From contig JAVZLK010000015.1 in NCBI GenBank assembly GCA_038883795.1, forward strand, positions 1-34,939: a DNA stretch of 34,939 nt, in the 5' to 3' direction. Each line of letters starts with the position of its first letter. Position 1 is the stretch's first letter. The notes beneath the pieces are model-generated. The model saw only the letters and a list, made by a program, of their open reading frames with translations. It did not search any database and was not told the origin of the DNA. Source of the DNA: Candidatus Bathyarchaeia archaeon (GTDB lineage Archaea; Thermoproteota; Bathyarchaeia; Bathyarchaeales; Bathycorpusculaceae). The position numbers and the translations under genes are program-made. This document shows, piece by piece, positions 1 to 9,427 of this stretch.

Positions 1-2
1 CT

Positions 3-965
3 TTAGAGAATACAAGTAAACCGATAATAAACGAAGCTATGCGAAAAGAGGGAGCTTTAGACGCTATAGAAATGGCTTCCGCAGCCGTGGGCGGAGTGGA
101 AGAGTTAAGGAGAAAGCCAATAATGCTTCTGCTTATGTCTATAACAAGTCCGCTTACATATGATAGGGCAACCCTTGAAGCCTTTATTGAAGCTTGCAAA
201 CTTGGTATTCCAGTTTTCGTGAATTCGGGTCCCATGGCTGGAGCTACAAGCCCCGTAACTTTAGCTGGAACTTTAACCCTAAACATGGCGGAATTCATAA
301 GCGCTCTCGTGATTCGTTATGTGGTTAACAAAGATGCTCCGCTCATAATTGGAAGTTGGGCTAGGGCAATGGATGTAAGAGAAGCCTCAGCAGTGCTGGG
401 AGGACCAGAATTTGCAATACTTCATGCATGCGTTGCCAATTTGGCTCACTATTACGGGATTCCAAGCGCTGGTGGTGGCGTTTTATCCGACTCCAAAACT
501 TTGGACGCCCAAATGGGATACGAAAAAGCTTTGACTGGTGTGCTTCCAGCCCTTGCTGGCCTTAACCTGATATGTGGCATGGGTTTAATTGCATCAGAAA
601 ATACCATGAGCCTTGAAGGACTCGTCATAGATAACGAAGTTGTCAGTATGATAAAGAAAATTGTGAATGGTTTTGAGATTAAGGATGAAACTTTAGCATT
701 TGATGTTATTAAGAAAGTTGGACCGAAAGGAAGCTTCATAAGAGAACGTCACACCCTTGAACATTTTAGAAAGGAGATTTGGATACCAAAAATAACTAAT
801 AGAACATTCCCTGAAGTTTGGGTTAAATCAGGCGCCAAAGATTTATGGGTCAAAGCTAAGGAAGAGGTTGAAAAAATATTGAAGGAACATGAGGTTCTCC
901 CACTTTCAAAGGATGTAAAAGATAAAATTATGAACATTATTAAAGGGAAAAGAGAAGGTGCCTAA
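3..965 (+). CDS. mttB: MttB-superfamily (trimethylamine methyltransferase family) substrate:corrinoid methyltransferase, non-pyrrolysine; 5'-truncated by window edge
   Basis: Frame open from position 3 (LENTSKPIINEAMR...). Motifs GATSPVTLAGTL, YYGIPSAGGGVLSDSK..DAQMGYEK, GLNLICGMG, LVIDNE, VGPKGSF..E.HT. Leu (483-485) at the Pyl-equivalent site. Confidence 0.92.
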   Translation, partial: LENTSKPIINEAMRKEGALDAIEMASAAVGGVEELRRKPIMLLLMSITSPLTYDRATLEAFIEACKLGIPVFVNSGPMAGATSPVTLAGTLTLNMAEFISALVIRYVVNKDAPLIIGSWARAMDVREASAVLGGPEFAILHACVANLAHYYGIPSAGGGVLSDSKTLDAQMGYEKALTGVLPALAGLNLICGMGLIASENTMSLEGLVIDNEVVSMIKKIVNGFEIKDETLAFDVIKKVGPKGSFIRERHTLEHFRKEIWIPKITNRTFPEVWVKSGAKDLWVKAKEEVEKILKEHEVLPLSKDVKDKIMNIIKGKREGA

Positions 966-1623
966 AATGAGTGTAGAAAAAGTTATAGAAAAATTGAGGC
1001 TTGCAGTTTTAGACTACAACACTGACGACGCAGTTTCAGCTGCTAAAGAAGTCATAAAACTTGGAGTTGACCCGCTTAGGGCTATAGAAGAAGGTTTGGC
1101 TCAGGGAATAAGAGAGGTTGGAGAAAAATTTGCAAATGGGGAAATATTCCTTCCAGAGTTAATTATGGCTGCGGAAACCATGAAAAAAGCCCTAGAAGTT
1201 TTGGAGCCCGAACTAAAGAAGAAAAAGAAAGAGCGCAAGGCTCTTGGAAAAGTACTTTTAGGCACAGTTGCAGGAGACATTCACAGCATAGGAAAAACCA
1301 TCGTTGCCTCCATGCTAACCGCAAACGGATTCGAAGTTTATGACATTGGAGAGGATATACCAGCAGAAAAATTCGTGGAGAAAATTAAAGAGTTAAATCC
1401 AGACATAGTTGGATTATCAGCCCTTCTAACCACAACCTTGCCGGAACAAAGAACAGTTATTGAAACTTTAAAGAGGGAAGGCTTGCGAGACAAAGTTAAA
1501 GTGATTATAGGAGGAGCCCCAGCCAGTAAGGAATGGGCTGAAGAGATAGGTGCTGATGGATACGGAGCTGACGCAGCTGAAGCCGTTGAAGTCGTTAAGA
1601 AACTATTAGAACATTCCAAGTGA
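958..1623 (+). CDS. Methyltransferase cognate corrinoid (B12-binding) protein, MttC/MtbC-like
   Basis: Cap domain (GEIFLPEL..AA..MK) plus GTVAGDIHSIGK (DxHxxG), GLSALLTTT, IIGGAP, GADGY. GTG overlaps the upstream stop; alternative ATG at 967. Confidence 0.95.
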   Translation: MPKMSVEKVIEKLRLAVLDYNTDDAVSAAKEVIKLGVDPLRAIEEGLAQGIREVGEKFANGEIFLPELIMAAETMKKALEVLEPELKKKKKERKALGKVLLGTVAGDIHSIGKTIVASMLTANGFEVYDIGEDIPAEKFVEKIKELNPDIVGLSALLTTTLPEQRTVIETLKREGLRDKVKVIIGGAPASKEWAEEIGADGYGADAAEAVEVVKKLLEHSK

Positions 1624-1656
1624 ACGTTTCTCAAAATATTAAGTGTGGAATAATAG

Positions 1657-2850
1657 ATGAGTAAAAAATTGAAACTCTCGAAACGTTCAAAGAGCATTCC
1701 AAAATCTGGAATTAGAAAAATGTTTGACCTCGCTCAAAAATATACGGATGTTGTGAATTTATCAATAGGAGAACCAGATTTTGACACTCCACCCCACATA
1801 ATTGAAGCCGCCATAAAAGCCATGAAAGAAGGATACACTCACTACACGGTAAATGCCGGCTTTCTAGTGTTTAGAAAGGCGGTTTCAGAAAAATTGCGAA
1901 GAGAAAACCGCATAGACGCCGACCCGGAAAAGGAGATTATGGCAACAGCTGGAGCAATGGGAGGCTTATCTTTAGCATTCCTAACCCTAATAGACCAGGG
2001 CGATGAAGTGCTTATTCCAAATCCCGGCTTTCCGAATTATGCTGCTCAAGTTGTTCTCGCTGGTGGCAAACCAATCTCATATCCCCTCAAAGAAGAAAAT
2101 AATTTTCGCATAGACGCGGATGACATAGCTAAACTAATAACGCCAAAAACGAAAGCGATTCTCATTAATTCGCCATCCAACCCCACGGGTTCCGTGCTGA
2201 GGGAAAAAGAGCTAAAAAATATAGCGAATATAGCGTTAGAACATGACCTTTTAGTTATTTCTGATGAAGCTTACGAAGCCATTTTATATGACGGAACAAA
2301 CCACATAAGTATAGCCTCCTTCCCGGAAATGAAGGAAAGAACCATAAGCATATTCACTTTTTCAAAAACATATGCCATGACGGGGTGGCGCATAGGCTTC
2401 ACAGTAGCACAAAAAGAGATAATAGAGGAAATGCTTGAACTTCAAGAACACATACTTGTGCATCCAAGCTCCATTTCTCAAATGGCTGCCCTCGCAGCGT
2501 TGCAAGGTCCAAGAGAGTACGTGCTAAAGATGCTCAGGGAGTATGCGAAAAGAAGGGAAATCATAATAAAAGAGTTAAACAACATGCCGGGAATTACGTG
2601 CCTAAAACCGGAAGGGGCCTTCTACGCTTTTCCAAACATAAAGAAAACCGGCATGTCCTCAACCGAAATTGCAATGTACCTCCTCAAGAAGGCGAAAGTT
2701 ATAACTGTGCCAGGAACAGCCTTTGGAGATTATGGCGAAGGATACGTAAGAATTTCCTATTCAACATCAAAAGAGAAGATAAGAGAGGCCATGAACAGAA
2801 TGAAGGCCGCCCTTGAAAAGTTAAACAAAAATAATAAGAACCATATTTAA
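1657..2850 (+). CDS. PLP-dependent aminotransferase class I/II (AspC-like)
   Basis: LSIGEPDF, NSPSNPTG, ISDEAY, FSKTYAMTGWRIG (PLP Lys), GAFYAFP, GYVRISY. Confidence 0.95.
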   Translation: MSKKLKLSKRSKSIPKSGIRKMFDLAQKYTDVVNLSIGEPDFDTPPHIIEAAIKAMKEGYTHYTVNAGFLVFRKAVSEKLRRENRIDADPEKEIMATAGAMGGLSLAFLTLIDQGDEVLIPNPGFPNYAAQVVLAGGKPISYPLKEENNFRIDADDIAKLITPKTKAILINSPSNPTGSVLREKELKNIANIALEHDLLVISDEAYEAILYDGTNHISIASFPEMKERTISIFTFSKTYAMTGWRIGFTVAQKEIIEEMLELQEHILVHPSSISQMAALAALQGPREYVLKMLREYAKRREIIIKELNNMPGITCLKPEGAFYAFPNIKKTGMSSTEIAMYLLKKAKVITVPGTAFGDYGEGYVRISYSTSKEKIREAMNRMKAALEKLNKNNKNHI

Positions 2851-2987
2851 AATCATCTTTTTCTAAAGTGATGTTTAATTTTATCTTTTTATCAAGCAGA
2901 GCAATTACGGACTGAGATTCCAGAGGCATATAACGTGACAATTTCTGGCGATGCTCTTAAATATCACGAATAAACTTGAACAATATA

Positions 2988-3015
2988 AATAAAAAAGAAA
3001 AATAAAAAGGGAAAA
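2988..3015 (-). terminator. T-rich archaeal terminator candidate after the opine dehydrogenase gene
   Basis: Minus strand reads TTTTCCCTTTTTATTTTTCTTTTTTATT immediately after the stop codon. Confidence 0.45.
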
Positions 3016-4164
3016 TTAAATTTGCCCTTCATTCACATATTTTAGAATTTGTTCCTTGCTCATTCCTGCCAAGCCAAGTTTCTGAAGAGTCCTTCCTTTT
3101 TCTCGGAAGTTTTCCTCAGCGATTATTGACCCTATTTCTATTACTGCGTCGATAGTTGGAGTTTCAACTCCCACTAGATCGCCTAATTCACTTATCGGAA
3201 CTAGCCCGTAAGGAAGATCCTCGGTTATATAGCGTCCCTTTAGGAAGTTAAACCCGCGACCAGGAGCATATTCAAGAGGCTGATTTTCCGGTTTAGCCCA
3301 CTCTGGTTCATCAATTCTTTCTCTTGGACGTTTTACCCAATATGGGTACATTAGAACGTCATGAACGTATTCCCAAGACCATGGTTCCATACCAAAGGAT
3401 TTTGTGATCTTCATGGCCTCATTATTCATAGCCCTTCTTAAGAGAGCCACGGCATGTGATTTTTCAGCCTTCAAATATGGTTCTTCGCCTAGTTCAACGT
3501 CAACAGCCTTGAGAATCATCATGGGTGGGTGACCAAATATATTTATGTTTTCCAAGCTCATTTTTAATTCATTAACAGAATCTATCAGTATTCCACGTTC
3601 ACCATCGTCTTCCGGATAAAATTCGTTTAACACGGATAACATTTTAGCAGTATTTTTCGCGGGAAAGGCTGAAAATGGAACCTTTGCTTTAACAGCTGTA
3701 CAGTAGACCTTATTACCCATAAACTTTCTCGTAGCATATGGTAGTATGCCTGTGGCACCTAACAGAATCCTTTTGAGGTCTACGCCCTTCTCTTTAAGGG
3801 TATGAGCGAATTCTACACATCCAAGAGTATAGGAAGGATTCAAAGTTATTAATTGACCATCTTCAATATATGGTGCGATGGCCTCTGCAAAAGCTTTGTG
3901 ACCGTAGGCGGGTACAGCGATTATAATCACGTCCACGCCTTTAATAGCTTCGCCTACATTCGTGGTGATCATGTTTAACTTTGCAAACCCAGTTCTAGCG
4001 ACACCAGCCATTTCGATGCCTCCGCTTTGCATCACCGGATCAAGACTTTCCTTAAACCGAGGCAGTTCACAAAGATTTACAGTATGCCCAGCTAAAGTCA
4101 AGTCACCAGCAAACGTTAGACCTCCATTACCGCTTCCTAAAACGGCAACTTTGTATTTTTTCAT
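3016..4164 (-). CDS. NAD/NADP-dependent octopine/nopaline (opine) dehydrogenase family protein
   Basis: Rossmann VAVLGSGNGG, IIIAVPAYGH, LENINIFGHPP, C-terminal RYITEDLPYGLVP...GVETPTIDAVI...GRTL..LGL. GGTGA RBS upstream. Confidence 0.88.
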   Translation of the reverse strand: MKKYKVAVLGSGNGGLTFAGDLTLAGHTVNLCELPRFKESLDPVMQSGGIEMAGVARTGFAKLNMITTNVGEAIKGVDVIIIAVPAYGHKAFAEAIAPYIEDGQLITLNPSYTLGCVEFAHTLKEKGVDLKRILLGATGILPYATRKFMGNKVYCTAVKAKVPFSAFPAKNTAKMLSVLNEFYPEDDGERGILIDSVNELKMSLENINIFGHPPMMILKAVDVELGEEPYLKAEKSHAVALLRRAMNNEAMKITKSFGMEPWSWEYVHDVLMYPYWVKRPRERIDEPEWAKPENQPLEYAPGRGFNFLKGRYITEDLPYGLVPISELGDLVGVETPTIDAVIEIGSIIAEENFREKGRTLQKLGLAGMSKEQILKYVNEGQI

Positions 4165-4192
4165 ATACTCACCTTTTCGCTATTTTTGATAT

Positions 4193-4213
4193 GAAAAACT
4201 TTAAAAACTTTTC
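4193..4213. promoter_or_regulatory. Putative bidirectional BRE/TATA element between divergent opine dehydrogenase and enolase genes
   Basis: GAAAAACTTTAAAAACTTTTC reads as purine-rich BRE + TTTAAA on both strands (reverse complement GAAAAGTTTTTAAAGTTTTTC). Confidence 0.5.
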
Positions 4214-4261
4214 CAGCATTTTTAGTTAAATCAACATATTGCGTAAAAAGATGGTGTCTAA

Positions 4262-5419
4262 ATGAAAATAACAGATTTAAAAGCATATTGTGTTGAAATG
4301 CCTTTTAAAGAACCTGGCCTTCGAGTTGCACACGAAGAAAATCCTGAAAAAATTATAAAAAGCGAGAAATTCACTTTAGTGAAAATATTCACCGACGAAG
4401 GAATAACAGGTTTCGGTGTACAAGATGTGCCTTACCAGTGGTTCTGTGAATACCTTGAAAAACAAGTAAAACCATACTTAATAAACCAGGTCGTAGAACC
4501 TTTTTATATTGAAAAATTTGTGAGATATTTCCGACCACAACCTTTCGGGACAAAAGTTAGTCCTCGCCCCTGTTGTGTAGAAATAGCTTTATGGGATTGC
4601 ATTGGGAAAAAAGCTGGTTTACCAATTTATAAAATTCTTGGAGCTTATCAAGATAAGGTAAAAGCTTACGCATCTGTTCTCGAAGAATATCCACTCTGGA
4701 ATGCTGAGAAATGGGTGAAGTTTGTTGAAAGCATATTTAAAGAAGGCTTTAAAGCGGTGAAACTTCATATTGGATGGATGTGGCCTGATCCGCGTAAGGT
4801 TATAAATGTTGTAAAGAAAATAAGGGAAACGGTTGGCTATGACGTTGACTTAATGGTGGATGCTATGCAAGCATGGGTCCCACAACCTCTTTACGATTTT
4901 AGAACCGCCTTAAAATATGCCAGAGAACTCGAAAAATATGAAGTTTTATGGCTTGAGGAACCTTTGCCGCACTTTAATAATCCTGAATTAAGCGCGAAAT
5001 TATGTGAAGCAGTGGACATTCCAATAGCTGGAGGTGGTGCAATGTTTGGCTTTCATACGTACAAGACTGTTTTAGAGAAAGGTGCGTTAGATATAGTTCA
5101 ACCAGATGTTATGCATGCTGGTGGAATTTTGGAAGTGAGAAGAATAGCCTTTTTAGCGGAGGCTTATGGAAAACAGTGCATTCCACATTTTTGGGGAACG
5201 GGGATAGGATTGGCTGCAACATTGCAAGTAATAGGCTCTACAAATATACCGTGGGTGGAGTACTGCTATCACCCACCTGCATTCAGCGTGGAAGTCAGAG
5301 ATGCTATGCTGAGTGAACCTATAAAAATAGATAAAGACGGTTTCGTCGAGATACCTAAAAAGCCAGGGCTTGGAGTAGAGTTGAATGAAGATTTTCTAAA
5401 AAAGCATATTGTAAAATGA
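4262..5419 (+). CDS. Enolase superfamily, mandelate racemase/muconate lactonizing enzyme family (MR-like subgroup), atypical active site
   Basis: TDEGITGFG, EIALWD..GK..GLPIYKILG, GFKAVKLH, LMVDA, WLEEP, DIVQPD, PH, VEY, P.KPGLGVE. Confidence 0.9.
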   Translation: MKITDLKAYCVEMPFKEPGLRVAHEENPEKIIKSEKFTLVKIFTDEGITGFGVQDVPYQWFCEYLEKQVKPYLINQVVEPFYIEKFVRYFRPQPFGTKVSPRPCCVEIALWDCIGKKAGLPIYKILGAYQDKVKAYASVLEEYPLWNAEKWVKFVESIFKEGFKAVKLHIGWMWPDPRKVINVVKKIRETVGYDVDLMVDAMQAWVPQPLYDFRTALKYARELEKYEVLWLEEPLPHFNNPELSAKLCEAVDIPIAGGGAMFGFHTYKTVLEKGALDIVQPDVMHAGGILEVRRIAFLAEAYGKQCIPHFWGTGIGLAATLQVIGSTNIPWVEYCYHPPAFSVEVRDAMLSEPIKIDKDGFVEIPKKPGLGVELNEDFLKKHIVK

Positions 5420-5428
5420 AATGATAAA

Positions 5429-6421
5429 CTAAAATTTGTGACAAGCTACAAAATGATTTTTGTTAACTTCAATTAGCTCTGGCTCTTCTTTTTCACAGGT
5501 AGATTTGCATAGTGAACATCTAGGATGAAAACGGCATCCCTCAGGTGGGTTGATGGCGCTGGGGACCTCCCCAAATAATGTAAACTCTTTGCCCCTAATT
5601 TTTGGATCAGGAATTGGAATCGCCTCTATTAATTTTTCAGTATAAGGATGCAGAGGTGATTGAAAAATCTCATTGACTTCAGCGAATTCAACAATTTTAC
5701 CTAAATACATTACTGCAACCTTATCGCAAATGTGCCAGACGGTGTTTAAATCATGGGAAATATACAAATATGTTAAGCCTAATTTTGCCTTTAATTCTGT
5801 TAATAGATTCAGAATTTGGGCTCGTACAGAAACATCTAATGAAGATACAGGTTCATCGCAAATAAGGAATTCTGGTTCAACAGCAAGAGCTCTAGCTATT
5901 CCAATTCTTTGCCTTTGTCCACCGCTAAATTCATGTGGATATCTATATGCGTGATATTCTTCTAAGCCCACCAACTTTAAAAGTTTTAAAAGTCTGTCCT
6001 TCCACTCATCTTTAGAAACATGTTGATGTATTTTAAAGGGTTCTGTTATTATGTCAGCAACAGTCCATCTTGGATTAAGCGACATATATGGATCTTGAAA
6101 TACAAGTTGCATTTTTCTTCTCAGTTCGAATTTTTTAGCTTGCTCTTTTGAACTGAAAATTTTGGTTATATTGACGCCTTTGAAAAATACCTCCCCAGAA
6201 GTGGGCATGATTAAATGTAAAATGGTCTTGCCAAGAGTTGTTTTCCCGCATCCGCTTTCTCCCACTAACCCTAACGTTTCGCCTTTATGAATTGTTAGAT
6301 TTACGCCGTCAACAGCCTTTACTACGCCTATTTGTTTTCTTCGAATTATGCCTCTTTCTGTAACAGGGTAGTACTTCATAAGATTCTTTGTTACTAATAA
6401 GGGATCCTCGCTCATCTTCAA
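5429..6421 (-). CDS. oppF: Oligopeptide/dipeptide ABC transporter ATP-binding subunit (OppF/DppF-like)
   Basis: Walker A GESGCGKTT, FSGGQRQR signature, ICDEP, C-terminal GCRFHPRC...H.VAC. Confidence 0.93.
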   Translation of the reverse strand: MKMSEDPLLVTKNLMKYYPVTERGIIRRKQIGVVKAVDGVNLTIHKGETLGLVGESGCGKTTLGKTILHLIMPTSGEVFFKGVNITKIFSSKEQAKKFELRRKMQLVFQDPYMSLNPRWTVADIITEPFKIHQHVSKDEWKDRLLKLLKLVGLEEYHAYRYPHEFSGGQRQRIGIARALAVEPEFLICDEPVSSLDVSVRAQILNLLTELKAKLGLTYLYISHDLNTVWHICDKVAVMYLGKIVEFAEVNEIFQSPLHPYTEKLIEAIPIPDPKIRGKEFTLFGEVPSAINPPEGCRFHPRCSLCKSTCEKEEPELIEVNKNHFVACHKF

Positions 6422-6432
6422 CTCTCCTTATT

Positions 6433-7425
6433 TCATTTTTCAGCATTGAAACATGAAACTATGTGTCCTCGTTCCAATTCTATTAGGTCGGGGACTTTAC
6501 TTTTACAAATTTCTTTCGCATAAGCGCATCTTGGATGAAATCTGCATCCCGGTGGTGGGGATATTGGATCAGGAATGCTTCCGTCTATGACTTTAAGTTT
6601 TTGTCTTCGCTCTGTTTTGTAATCAAAACGTGGTACTGAGGATATTAATGCTTCTGTATATGGATGTCCAGGGTTTGAGAATATAGTTTCGGTCTCTGCA
6701 ATTTCGCAAACTTTACCAGAGTATAAAACTACTACTCTATTTGTTAATTGGGCTACGATACCCATATCATGCGTAACGAATAATATTGTCATGCCGAAAT
6801 CTTTTTTCAAATCGTTAAGTAAATTTAAGAGTTGCGCTTGAACAGTCACATCTACGTTGGTTGTGGGTTCATCAGCTAGTAGAAGAGAAGGATTACATAA
6901 AAGGGCTCTTGCGATAACCACTCGCTGTTTCATGCCACCGCTGAGCTCATGAGGGTATTGATTAAACCTTTTTTCAGGGTCGGACAATCTTACAGCTTTA
7001 AGTAGTTTTAGAACTCTTTCTACCGCCTCTTCTTTGTTTAGGCCGGTATGCCAGCGCAAAATTTCTACTAATTGTTCTCCAATTGTGTAAATGGGATTAA
7101 GTGAAAATGCTGGATTTTGGAAAATCATAGATATTTCTTTTCCCCGAATTTTTTGCATCTCAGCTTCTGATTTCTCCAGAAGGTTGCTTCCTTTGAATAG
7201 AATTTTCCCACCAGCTATTTTCCCTGGTCTTGGAACAGTTCTTAGTATGGAAAGGCATGTTACTGATTTTCCTGATCCTGATTCGCCTACAAGTCCAACG
7301 ACTTCTCCTTGTTTAACGTCAAAGGTTATATCATCAACAGCCTTAACAATTCCGGCCGATGTATAGAAGTATGTTACAAGATTTTCTACTTTTAACAGCG
7401 TCTCAGAGCTATTTATTTTCGGCAT
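6433..7425 (-). CDS. oppD: Oligopeptide/dipeptide ABC transporter ATP-binding subunit (OppD/DppD-like)
   Basis: GESGSGKS, YPHELSGGMKQR, LADEPTT, GCRFHPRC. Confidence 0.93.
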   Translation of the reverse strand: MPKINSSETLLKVENLVTYFYTSAGIVKAVDDITFDVKQGEVVGLVGESGSGKSVTCLSILRTVPRPGKIAGGKILFKGSNLLEKSEAEMQKIRGKEISMIFQNPAFSLNPIYTIGEQLVEILRWHTGLNKEEAVERVLKLLKAVRLSDPEKRFNQYPHELSGGMKQRVVIARALLCNPSLLLADEPTTNVDVTVQAQLLNLLNDLKKDFGMTILFVTHDMGIVAQLTNRVVVLYSGKVCEIAETETIFSNPGHPYTEALISSVPRFDYKTERRQKLKVIDGSIPDPISPPPGCRFHPRCAYAKEICKSKVPDLIELERGHIVSCFNAEK

Positions 7426-7432
7426 TTCTTTC

Positions 7433-8362
7433 TTACTCCTTCAGCCTTGGATTAAGTGCATCACTTAAAGATTCTGCTAATACATTTGATCCAAATATCA
7501 TTAAAAATATGAATACGCCAGGAGCAATCACAACCCAAGGAGCTATTTGCATATCTTGTGCTGCGAATGTGAGCATTTGACCCCAAGAAATTATGTTTGG
7601 ATCTCCAAAACCTAGGAAGCTTATCATAGCCTCCATTAACATGGCATTTCCTACTTCAAGGGCTGCTAACACGGCTATTGGTGGTAAGGCGTTTGGCAGT
7701 ATGTGATTGAAGATTATTTTCCAAGTTGATGCGCCTAGACATCTTGCGGCTTCAACAAATTCTTGTTCTTTAAGCTTAAGAAATTGTGACCTAGCGACTC
7801 TTGCTATAGGTGGCCAATCAAATAACCCTAATACGAAAATTATAATCCATAAATTCAAGAGTGGGATATTGCCGAGAAAGGTTGTTGGAGATAATATAGA
7901 AAATATTCTGACAAGAAATAGTATTACAATGAAGGAAGGAACAAGCATGAATGCCTCCGTGAACCTCATTAAGAGTTCATCTACTTGTTTTCCCAGGTAT
8001 CCGGCAACTGCTCCAACACTAATTCCTATTATGGCTGCGAAAATTGCGGCCAGTAGGCCAACTATAAGTGCAGTTCGAGCTCCATAAAGAATTCTGCTAT
8101 AAACATCGAATCCAAATCTATCTGTACCTAAAGGATGCGCGAGTGATGGGGGGGCATAAGCTCCTGGTCCATAGATTAATGCTGACTGGTCATTAGGATC
8201 GTAAAGGGCAAGCAGTGGAGCAAACACTCCCATTATGGTTATCATAAGAACTAAGGATAACCCGAGTAATCCAAGTTTTTTCCTTTTAAATCTTTTCCAA
8301 GCAAGATCCCAGAAGCTGTTTTCCTTAAAAATCCTTATTTTTGATGGCAATTTTAACCTCAC
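7433..8362 (-). CDS. oppC: Oligopeptide/dipeptide ABC transporter permease (OppC/DppC-like)
   Basis: HPLGTD..G.DVYSRILYGAR, EFVEAARCLGAS (EAA loop), HILPN, SWGQML, multiple TM segments. Confidence 0.93.
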   Translation of the reverse strand: MRLKLPSKIRIFKENSFWDLAWKRFKRKKLGLLGLSLVLMITIMGVFAPLLALYDPNDQSALIYGPGAYAPPSLAHPLGTDRFGFDVYSRILYGARTALIVGLLAAIFAAIIGISVGAVAGYLGKQVDELLMRFTEAFMLVPSFIVILFLVRIFSILSPTTFLGNIPLLNLWIIIFVLGLFDWPPIARVARSQFLKLKEQEFVEAARCLGASTWKIIFNHILPNALPPIAVLAALEVGNAMLMEAMISFLGFGDPNIISWGQMLTFAAQDMQIAPWVVIAPGVFIFLMIFGSNVLAESLSDALNPRLKE

Positions 8363-8378
8363 GCATCATCCCCTTAAC

Positions 8379-9350
8379 TTATTCTAATTTGATTCTTGGA
8401 TCAATAGTAACATATATTATGTCTGCAATAAGACCAGCGGCGAATACTGTAATAACAAGAATGAAAATGACACCCATTATTAATGGATAGTCTAAGTTGG
8501 TTATGGCGTCTACGAAAATAAAACCTACGCCCGGCCACGTAAAAACAGTTTCTGTTACAGGGGAACTTGCAATCATAATTCCAAAAATGTAGCTCGCATA
8601 GGCAATGACTGGCATAATGGCGTTTTTTAAAGCGTGTTTCCAGATAACAGTTCTCCTATTTAATCCGCTTGCTCTCGCAGCCAAAATATAGTCTTCTCTT
8701 AATACATCAACCATGCTTGATCGCATCAATAAAGTAAATGCGGGAATATTGAAAAAAGTGAGCATTAGCGTTGGTAAAACCATATGCCAAAGTTCGTCTA
8801 TGAACTGGTTTCCAAAAAGGAGTTCTTTCGTAGATACGGCACCATACGATGGGAAAAGCTTAAGCCAGTTTGAAAATATAAGTATGAGCATTAGTCCAAG
8901 CCAAAAACCGGGAATTGAACGGCTAAATAATGATAAACTCATTATGGCAGTGTCTTTTTTTGTGTATTGATTCACTGCCGCGGTTACTCCCAAAAAAATG
9001 CTTAAAAATAAAGATATCGTGAGAGAAGTAAGCTGAAGCTTTAGAGTTTGTGCTCCGTGAACAGACAACAAAAATAGAACAGGCCTACCTTTATAAATAG
9101 AGGTCCCCAAATCAAAGCGTAGCATATTCCCTAGCCAGTAAAAGTATCTTAAGGCAACGGGTTTGTCTGTGCCAAAAAATTTCTTTACCATTTCTATCTG
9201 TTGTAGAGAGACCCCTGGTACTTCTGCAAGCATCATTTCCACAGGGTCTCCTATGACGTTTACCATAAGAAACACAAGGCTTGTTACTCCTATGAATAGG
9301 GGAATCATAAATAAGATTCTTCGTATAATGTATCGAAGTATAGGGTTCAT
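8379..9350 (-). CDS. oppB: Oligopeptide/dipeptide ABC transporter permease (OppB/DppB-like)
   Basis: YIIRRIL, GDP, DLGTS, SIPGFWLG, DYILAARASGL...KHALKNA, ETVFTWPG.G, DYP, IDPRI. Confidence 0.93.
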   Translation of the reverse strand: MNPILRYIIRRILFMIPLFIGVTSLVFLMVNVIGDPVEMMLAEVPGVSLQQIEMVKKFFGTDKPVALRYFYWLGNMLRFDLGTSIYKGRPVLFLLSVHGAQTLKLQLTSLTISLFLSIFLGVTAAVNQYTKKDTAIMSLSLFSRSIPGFWLGLMLILIFSNWLKLFPSYGAVSTKELLFGNQFIDELWHMVLPTLMLTFFNIPAFTLLMRSSMVDVLREDYILAARASGLNRRTVIWKHALKNAIMPVIAYASYIFGIMIASSPVTETVFTWPGVGFIFVDAITNLDYPLIMGVIFILVITVFAAGLIADIIYVTIDPRIKLE

Positions 9351-9427
9351 TTTTATTCAGCTTCCAAAAGTTTTTTATGCTCAAAGATATAAAAATGTTT
9401 TCAACGAAAGAAAAAAGAGGTAAACAT

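Noticed and set aside
2851-3015. Possible ncRNA or element remnant in a 165-bp convergent gap
   Set aside because: No convincing stem-loops, tRNA features or terminal repeats. The T-tracts are explained as terminators.
4262-5419. HpbD hydroxyproline-betaine epimerase orthologue
   Set aside because: It has the His/Asp MR-type arrangement, not the Lys/Lys MLE-type arrangement of HpbD.
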